From contig NIVC01000122.1 of NCBI GenBank assembly GCA_002269645.1, positions 1 through 31,786 of the forward strand: 31,786 nucleotides of DNA, in the 5' to 3' direction. Source of the stretch: Macrostomum lignano. Its lineage: Eukaryota. The position numbers and the translations under genes were made by a program. Within the stretch, counting starts at the first letter, position 1; the number at the start of each line of letters is the position of its first letter. Below the pieces are notes generated by a model, which saw only the letters and a program-made list of their open reading frames with translations, was not told the DNA's origin and searched no databases. Shown in pieces: positions 21,861 through 31,786 of this stretch.

Positions 21861-23962
21861 ATGAGCCGGATTCTCAGCTTCCTATCGGCAGTGCTCATGT
21901 CTTCTGCTCTGGTGAGCAGCGCGGCCAGATTCGAGCTCGGTGCCGCAGTCAACCGAACTCTCCCAGTCGCGTTTGAAGTCGCTCAAAGCTTCAACCAGCG
22001 TCACTGCTCTCAGCTGTGCTCACAAATAGCCGAGTGCTTCGGATTCTACTCGGTGCAGAACAAGGCGGGACCCTGCGGACTGTTCAATGCGACCGCCTTC
22101 TACTGGAAGAGCTCGTGGACAGCCGCCGGATCGGAGCAGCAGTTTGACGTCTTCGTGATTGATGGCAGTAAGTATCAATCAGCTTCTTTAAACCTGCATG
22201 ATTGCCAGAGGCACACCATGTGATGATCGCATTAAATGATCACAAAAGGTTGTTGCGGTTGCCTGCAGTGTGCTTAGAGTGGCCCTTATTAGGAATTTAA
22301 AGTAGGCCCGCAAGAGTCTCAAGGTTCAATGTGCATGCATAGCTAGCATGTCTTTTCCGCAGAGACGCAAGAGCTTTTTAAATTTGTTTCTGTACCTTTT
22401 TTCCTCAATCCCCTATCTGTCCAGTATCCCCTATCTAACAGTAGGTCCCCTAATATCTGTCTGTCTTGGCAACGCTCCTGAGATAATCTGATCTGAAAAA
22501 CTGATACAACACTACACTCGTATTATTGGCATCTTAGCTAGGCACAAGGAGGACCGTGTCCCCCCCGATAGACTGGCAAACAGTACGATGCCCCCCTGAC
22601 AACAAATTTATGTAGCGTTCCTGTTCTCCCTAGTGCTGGCAGTGGCACCCTACAATGGCGCCCTAGAGTTGGCGCCTCTGGTAAATGCGCCAATTAAAAA
22701 TTATCCTCCTTTCGAAGTGAGCTGAAAAACTATCTCTATTAATTATATATAAAGCAGTACTGCATGGGCTCTTTCCATTTGTTTCGCGGTGGCCAGTGCT
22801 GAAACAGTATAGCGTTTGTTTTATAGACGTTTTATCAGGCTCATTTCAGCAATAAGGATTAATAATGGCAAGGAGGATGGGAGACAGAAATGTGCACAGA
22901 TCCCCTAGAAGACATTGACTTGTTGATTCTTAGCAGATCTTGTCTATCTTCTTGGGTTGCTGCGCAAGTAATTGCAAGAACGTCCAAGATCTTTGCTATA
23001 ATAATACTTAGATAAACTTACCAGGTCTGGGCGACTTGCTACATCGTACAAGATCTTAGCTTTTAAATCTTTTTATAGCTTCGAATCGCATATTTTTTTA
23101 ATTTATTGTCCTATTTTCTCATAAAATAAAATATAGTTCAATTAGAACACTTTAGCCAAATGAAAAACGAAAAAACGTACCTCCCATCTTAGAAGATCCT
23201 GCAAGAACCGAGCAGATTGAGAAGATCTGCTAAGAATGGCACAGAGACAAGATCTGCTAAGTTTGAGAAACAGAATGTCCAAGCATGGGAAGCAGTCGCA
23301 CGTATTCGCATATACAGTATCAGTGTAGCTCTTGATTATCTATTCACATAATGACACAGCTGGATATACTTGTAACCCTCTAGACAGGGTTGACCCTGGT
23401 GCGTGTCTTGATGGCACCATGATGAGCCATGTTCGAGCAGAAAATAGCCCAAAAATGTTTGCTTATTTCTGGATTGTTATGCTACTGGAAGTAGTAGCTA
23501 GCAGATTGTCAGATCAGGAAGATTTCTAACTATCCCGGAATATCAATTATTTCAGACTGGACAGTACGGCAGCTCTCCATCTCCAACTGCAGCCAGAGCT
23601 CAGTGCTATACTCGGCAGTTTGTAGTCGAACTATCGATGGAAACAATAATCCAAGTTATTCTGCAGGATCCTGCACGCACACGGACCAATTTCCCAATCA
23701 ATGGTGGGAGGCTGAATTGCTTCAACCGTCAATTGTCACGCACGTGGTCCTGTACAACCGCCAGGATTGCTGTGTCGAGCGGCTTAACAACTTCTCCTTG
23801 TTGGTGAACGATGCCGTATGCGCCCAGGTAAGCCGATCGACACCATTCTCAGTTGGCAACTTCTCCTGGCTGGGCGCTGGCAGCAGAATTCGGATTGAGA
23901 ATAACCTGAACGATGCGCTTTGCATTTGCGAGTTTGAAGCGTTCGGCATCTATTTTCCTTGA
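21861..23962 (+). CDS. Secreted PAN/Apple + F-type lectin, paralog 2. Exons 21861-22167 and 23556-23962; 237 aa
   Basis: Exon 1 is nearly identical to paralog 1. Phase-1 intron A|GTAAGT...TTTCAG|AC. Canonical fucose-binding motif H-x26-RQDCCVER, plus TIDGN and LCICEFEAFG. Confidence 0.9.
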
Positions 23963-25070
23963 GAATTCTGAGTCGACAAATGTAAGAAATGCAGGATAGG
24001 AAGTTGTCAGTTTTTAGTACCTTCTGGTTTTCTGAATTGCAAACAAAGTATGTGCTTTTAACATTACATCGACGGATAAAGAAGTCATACATGTACGTCG
24101 TCTGAACGTCGATGTAATTTAAAAGTACATAAATGTCATCGACGTAGGATTGCTGTAGAGGATTACTGCAAACAGAGAATAGGCTTCTGGGGCGTACAAC
24201 AAAGTCTCTGCTGCATGAAACCCCTGTAGTAAAAAATCAAGTTAAAACTTCTGTTCCTTTGCTATACTATATAGTCACGCAATCTCGTTAATTTTTCTCG
24301 ATAGAGATGGCTAGATGTTGTAGCTGGATAGGATCGTTTCTTAGAAGTTATTGTTTTTTAAGGAAACAAATCCACACGCTGCATGGTCATGTTTTGAAAG
24401 GTTAACTATTAGTTTTCCATTCTTTTGAACTTATTATAGGCAATCTCTGTAGCATGAGTTCTGATCAAATTTTTGACGATCTTCAACTTAAAAATGATAT
24501 TGTGATGTACTTCATGGAGGTTAGTTATACTGGTCTGCAGACTTTGTTCAACGATCCCTTGACTGTCGCTCTGATTTAATTAAAAGACTAAAGGCCAATT
24601 AAAAGACTAAAAGACAAATTACATGTTGTTATTTTTACATGTAATCTTATGAACCTCTAGCTAATCATATCTAACTTAATCTATAGCCAAGTTAATCGAA
24701 GTTTGTTTTACTCATAGTACATCTCAAAATGAAAAGGTTGGATTATTTACCGAAGCCTTTTTGAAGCGTACAACATGTATGATTTGTCTTTTTTCACTCG
24801 CCCTTCTTTCATGTTCTAGCATTGTCTTGTGACGCGTAAAGACAAACTAGAAGTTCTTTTTTCGTCAGAGCATGTTACAATAGCTGCAGGCAATTGGCAG
24901 TTTAAATTGAATTTTTATTTAATATTTTCCTTTATAACGAAAATATCGACGATTTGTTTCAATATTCTAATGAATAAATGCAACCGTAAAAGCTAAGAAG
25001 TAAATAAACGAGCCATCTGACACGCCCTGCTCTATGACCTTGCATGCGAGGCTGCGTTGGTAGTGGTAGT

Positions 25071-26935
<1,865 letters not shown>

Positions 26936-28564
26936 GTTGTTGTTGTTATTGTTGTTAACTTTAGTCGAAATACGTTGCATTTTTCCGTTACCGTTCATAT
27001 GCCTACTGAACATGTACACGAGCTATTTGACCATTTTTCTGATATTATTCTTATCACATAACAGCCTTTGGGTCGTAAAGCATGGACATCAGGGAGGACG
27101 TCCATGACTTGGAAGCATCTATTCATCTCACAGCCAGGAATGAGGCAATTCTGCTCATTCCGCTCACTCCTGAGCACATACAAGCGCGCCAATGCTGTAC
27201 GCAGACGTACTCATAAATACACTCAGGGTGTTCAGCGGCCCTGACTTTCAAATCATCAACTTTCTAACCCAGCTTGAGAGTTGGCCACAGTCCCCAGGTC
27301 AAATTTTTGTGCACATATTGCCGCGCACGGGATGGAAACAGGTATAGATCGAGGTTGTAGGGCGAGAGTCAGACGCGTTTTATCGCTGGGCTGCTATCTG
27401 CTCCGCTTCATATGCCTAACTTTTGCATAACATGGCACGGACGTATGGTAACTTCCTGGCACGTATGTCTAATGTACTTTTACTACTGATGTATCACGTA
27501 TAGCCGGTAGCGTATACAGTATTATCTACTGCAAGTAGCGTACACTGTATGTGTATCTCAGGTCTGAGTTATTATTTGGCACTATTGACTATCTCTAACA
27601 TTTATTAATTACTCCTATGGAGAATGTCTCTCAGTCAGGGCGTTTCACAGGATCAGAGAGTCACGGCTGTGATACAATGACCTTCTCTGATAAATTCTCC
27701 CAATGACCTAAGGAAATGAATAAAGTCTGTTTCAAAAGCTGGGAAAGTATTGGGAAAGTAAAGTACTCGATCGCTTTAATTTTAGCGATCGAGTTGAAAA
27801 GTCGACAAAAAGTTTTTTCAAATGTTTGGAATGTTGGAACGTTGTTTTTGACCTCTCAGTTTCTGGCCTTCTATTTATACTACATTTTGGAAAAGATTCT
27901 AACAATTTTTTTGTAAAATGTGATTTTAATAGCTCGTACATTACATTATAAAAGATTTAGCGGAAATTTGAAATACAGTAATTTCTAAGAAAGCAGAAGC
28001 TATACTGTACTTCCAAGAAAGAGAGCAGTATAACTATTTATAACTTTGTTGGATGCTTGACTGCCTCAACAGCGTCGCGATGTGTTTCAAAACCTTCTCT
28101 CGTTGTTATACTAATTACTTGTAGTTAGTGTTTACTGTTAACGAAAACTGTATTTGGCCAAGCAATATTCAAACACGCATAATTTATTGACAGGATCCTG
28201 CGGAAAATTCCCTTAGTACATTTTTCATTTATCCCAGATTTTAAGCGAGAAAATACACGGTGACAATAATTGTGGAATAATATCGGGAATAATGAGTAAT
28301 ATTGGTAATATTCCAAAAGAACAGGACAAATATAACAAATTTCAACCAGTTTTTCTCAACAAATTTCAACTTTCGTCAAACCGGTAAAAACCTGAAGTAC
28401 TTGTATAAAAAATTGTAAACTCGACATGTCGAAAAATTTTTGCTTAGACAAAGGTTTGATTACTCAATTAGAGCTTCTCTCAAAGTCTGAATTCTTATCG
28501 CAATCGATTTTTGACTCGTCAACTCGCTAAATAATTAACACACGCACTGAATCACTCGAACCAG

Positions 28565-29614
28565 TCAAGGAAGGTAATTCCCGTATGCCTCGAACTCGCA
28601 CAGCGTGAGAGCATCGCTACGGCGACTCTGGACTCGAATCCTGGATCCGGCCATCTGGCAGGTGAAGTTGCCAACAGAGAACGGCACCGACACGCTGACA
28701 CTGCGGCACTGGACGCCGTCCACAAGCAGCTCAAAGTTGTTCAACCGCTCTGCACAGCAATCCTGCCTGTTGTAGATGACTACGTGAGAAACAATGGACT
28801 GCCGCAGAAGCTGGGCCTCCCACCACTGGTTCGGGATTTCGCCAGTATGACTGCATGAACCAGACCTCCACGCTTGGTTCGTGTTGCCATCGATGGCTCT
28901 GGTGCAGACGCCGCGGTAACCAAGGGAACTCTGAGAACATCTTGTCAAGCTCAGCTTCTTTTTGTCTGCAAAAAGACAGCATGTATATAAATTTAAGAAC
29001 GCTGCACCAATTGACACATCCATATTTCGTCCCTAGCAAACAAGGCCAAGACCCAAGCAAAACAGGAAGAGTTTTCTTGGCACATGTTGTTCTCGTTGTC
29101 ATGTTCTTGTTCTTGTAGTTGGACTTCAAAACAGCGCAACTGCTGAAGTAGTTTTTGCGACGCAATAACCGTTAAGTTGAAGAAAAACGCTTACGTTACT
29201 GAGAGGCTGAGCTCCATGCTCTTACCACTACACCTAGGTTTGTTTTGCATGTAGGCTAGTGATGAGCACGAGCCGACACTTACCGACATCAACCACGAAG
29301 ATGTCAAACTGATGCTCCGATCCGGCGGATGTCCACGAGCTCTTCCAGTAGAAGGCGGTCGCGTTGAACAGTCCGCAGGGTCCCGCCTTGTTCTGCACCG
29401 AGTAGAATCCGAAGCACTCGGCTATTTGTGAGCACAGCTGAGAGCAGTGACGCTGGTTGAAGCTGTGCGCGACTTCAAACGCGACTGGGTGAGTTCGGTT
29501 GACTGCGGCACCGAGCTGGAGCTCGAATCTGGCCGCGCTGCTCACCAGAGCAGAAGAAACGATAGCTGTGATGAGGCTCAGAAGCTGAGCAGAGGCTCTC
29601 ATTGAAGACTGCAT
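28565..29614 (-). CDS. Secreted PAN/Apple + F-type lectin, paralog 3 (inverted). Exons 29614 (or 29602)-29284 and 28965-28565; 243 or 239 aa
   Basis: Signal peptide and PAN core as in the paralogs. Phase-1 318-nt intron G|GTAAGT...TTGCAG|AC. Canonical H-x26-RQDCCAER, plus AIDGN and LTLCEFEAYG. Confidence 0.9.
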
Positions 29615-29712
29615 TTCCTACACAGTGAGGGAGATATGGTTTCCTAATTGTGCAGGCGCGCGTTTCCAACCGGTAGTTTAAACCTTTTCGTGTATGCTCA
29701 AAGGCTTTTTGT

Positions 29713-29726
29713 TTTACCATAGCAAC
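29713..29726 (-). promoter_or_regulatory. X-box-like motif GTTGCTATGGTAAA upstream of lectin 3
   Basis: Strong GTTGCT half-site plus ATGGTAA, 110 nt before the ATG at 29602, the same spacing as paralog 1 despite dissimilar surrounding sequence. Confidence 0.5.
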
Positions 29727-30329
29727 GAAATGCGATAGCATGCCTAGGAGTGAAAATTTCTTTGCCTTTCGAGTAGCACAGCTTGTGGCTGCTGAGCCTC
29801 CGTTGGCAAACAAAATTTTTGCGCAGCTTCTCTTCTTTCAAGGACTTTTACTAATTGCCTCGTCTGCCTTTTTTCCAGAGAGCTCTTTTTCTCCTGCAGG
29901 CAAAGTTTTTTGTAAGTGTCGGTAAACTGCATATTTTAACTTGACAACGGAATAGGTAGAATTTCCTCACTGGTTGTGGGAAAATTTCGCAGAAGGTCGC
30001 GGTATGCTTTTACATCGACACAATGGCAATTATTTTTTACCATTATCTTATAATTGCTCCCCATGTGGTTTCCCGATTTCATCATGTGAATTTTTTTTGC
30101 CTTAGAGTGAATTGGGTGGCATAATGACATCTGCGTTGAGCATAATACAGAAACATATAATTACAATGCCCTTCTAAAATTATGAAATATATTGCATATT
30201 TTTGCAATCTCAGTCACATACTAAATAATCTACTATTGCGTCGTGGCGGCCCCAAATATTCTGCCAATATTGATTTTCGAAGCAGTAAAAGTAGTGGATC
30301 CGTCCATCAGTGATTGACTTTCCATTAGC

Positions 30330-30404
30330 GGGGGCTGTAGCCCGGTGGTCCAGCGCGGCGCTCTGATATGCCAGCGGCCCAGGCTCGACTCCAAGTGCAG
30401 TCAC
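30330..30404 (+). mobile_element. Degenerate tRNA-like sequence (tRNA-derived SINE head or tRNA pseudogene)
   Basis: A-box-like TAGCCCGGTGG, anticodon-loop-like CTGATAT, B-box-like GGCTCGACTCC, partial acceptor stem GGCTGTA/TGCAGTC. The T stem is mismatched, so it is unlikely to be a functional tRNA. Confidence 0.55.
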
Positions 30405-30554
30405 ATTAATTTGGGGCTGAATTCGAATCTCAGCTTGGGTCTGATCGTGCAATTAACGCCATTCAGTGCCAACCCCCAAGGCACAGTGAAGTGTACATGC
30501 CTAACGATAAATAAAGTTTGGGCCGCTGTACACTCCTAGCGGAGTGGAGCGAGC

Positions 30555-30946
30555 GTCTATCTCGGCGGTCTGGTTCACGGCGTCCGCGAAGATTTGCGGC
30601 ATCGCTGCGGGCTTGCCTGGACTGCCTTTTGTTCTGTGAGGGCAGTTCTGCAGTCAAAGGCCCTACCCGACCGCCAGAGGGCGGCGCTGTTTCAGGCAGT
30701 GATCGAGATCGTCCTGCTGTACAACGCCGAGACGTGGACGCTGACAGAGTCGCTCGAGCAACAAGCTGACGCGGCGCATGCTGGCCTGCTGCGTGCGGCC
30801 TTCAATATCTGCTACGAGCGAGTGACCTGTTGTGCCGTCGGCGATTCCAGCTGGCAGGCCACATCATCCGCGCCGAGTCCTACTGCCCACAGCCGGTGCA
30901 GGAGGTGCTGCTGCTGACGCTGCAGGCACCCTACCCGCGGGGCAGG
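30555..30946 (+). mobile_element. RTE-like non-LTR retrotransposon, C-terminal RT fragment, frameshifted
   Basis: VYLGGLV...AWTAF..VRAVL...LFQAVIEIVLLYNAETWTLT...LLRAAF, then a frame change to RRFQLAGHIIR. YLG, LLYxxETW and LAGHIxR are RTE-type motifs. Confidence 0.8.
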
Positions 30947-31786
30947 TTCGCACTCGGTGTTTCGTCCACTTCCTACTGGCTGCGGATACGGCCTGGCCCT
31001 GAGGCGCGCCCTGTGATGCTGAACGCGTATTCTGTTGCTGTTGAGTGAGTGTTTGCCTCCTGTGCGTATGACTGCGTACGTATCCGCGCGCTTGTATTTA
31101 TGTTCGACATCCTACTCAGGGAATGTCGGGGGAACGGGCAGTAATGCAAAGTCGCTTAAAGTGCGCCAGGGTGCAAACAACCCCCTGTCTCTAATAAAAT
31201 AATTTCGTTCGCCTATTAAATTGTTTTTTTTTCGTAGCGAGTAAAGGTTCGTTGGCAACAGCATCAAATGAGGCTCCAATTTCGAAAGAGTGATATATAA
31301 ACACACAAAGAATATTTGCAAGTCACTGGAAAAAAATATGATGACGTAAAAATTGGCCTCATTCGATGGTGGCTTGAACAGTAATATTCAATATTTAGAT
31401 TTACTGACCACCTCTGAAACTGTCTTAGCTTCAAAAGATTTCTTCCATTTACATACAAAAAGATCTGCCAAGTTCAGCTTTTATGCTTGGCTCTTTTCAA
31501 AGATGAAAATTTCATATTACTTGTAAATACTCGTAGGTTTGGTTATCAATAGTGAGCGGATAATTCTTCTAACCAACAACGCTTCCTATTTTCTCGAAAG
31601 TTTAAAAGGTAAAAAGGACTAATTTGACTAACTCGTATTAAAATATATATATTTATGATTTTCAAAAGAAACTCCTCTGAAAAATTGAACATCAAGCTAA
31701 TTTGAAAGTTATAATGTTTGTTCTTTTCATTATCTCCCTGCTATTATTGCTGCAGCTATTGCGCAGGTCAAGAATCGAACCCCAAC

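Noticed and set aside
22929-23261. 17-bp inverted repeat (cttagcagatcttgtct) in the lectin 2 intron
   Set aside because: Probably a small degraded MITE; no TSD or family evidence.
27080-27220. Short plus-strand ORF MDIREDVHDLEASIHLTARNEAILLIPL...
   Set aside because: About 44 aa, no family recognised and no partner exons identified.
31760-31786. Minus-strand B-box-like GGTTCGATTCT at the window end
   Set aside because: Truncated by the window edge; cannot distinguish tRNA, SINE or chance.

Overview
Eukaryotic, intron-containing, repeat-rich animal DNA, not prokaryotic. The RTE-like fragment and gene style recall the free-living flatworm Macrostomum (from memory, unverified). Four spliced genes can be assembled by hand, none complete in the ORF track. 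One is a 5-exon TYW3 (tRNA-Phe wybutosine methyltransferase) on the minus strand at 5442-8955. The other three are 2-exon paralogs encoding secreted proteins with signal peptide + PAN/Apple domain + F-type (fucolectin) domain: 16750-19977 +, 21861-23962 +, 28565-29614 -. The lectin paralogs are mosaics of each other, differ mainly in the sugar-binding loops, and each has an RFX X-box-like motif 110-136 nt upstream of the ATG. The rest is a decayed mariner, a three-copy hAT MITE family with intact TIR/TSD, fold-back MITEs, three non-LTR retrotransposon remnants, a tRNA-derived SINE-like head and several mini/microsatellites. One LINE carries RNase H, lacks its RT core and is flanked by (AAC)n on both sides. 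The window also splits sharply into CpG-depleted domains (about 1-4000 and 7600-12600) and CpG-rich domains, consistent with mosaic gene-body methylation.
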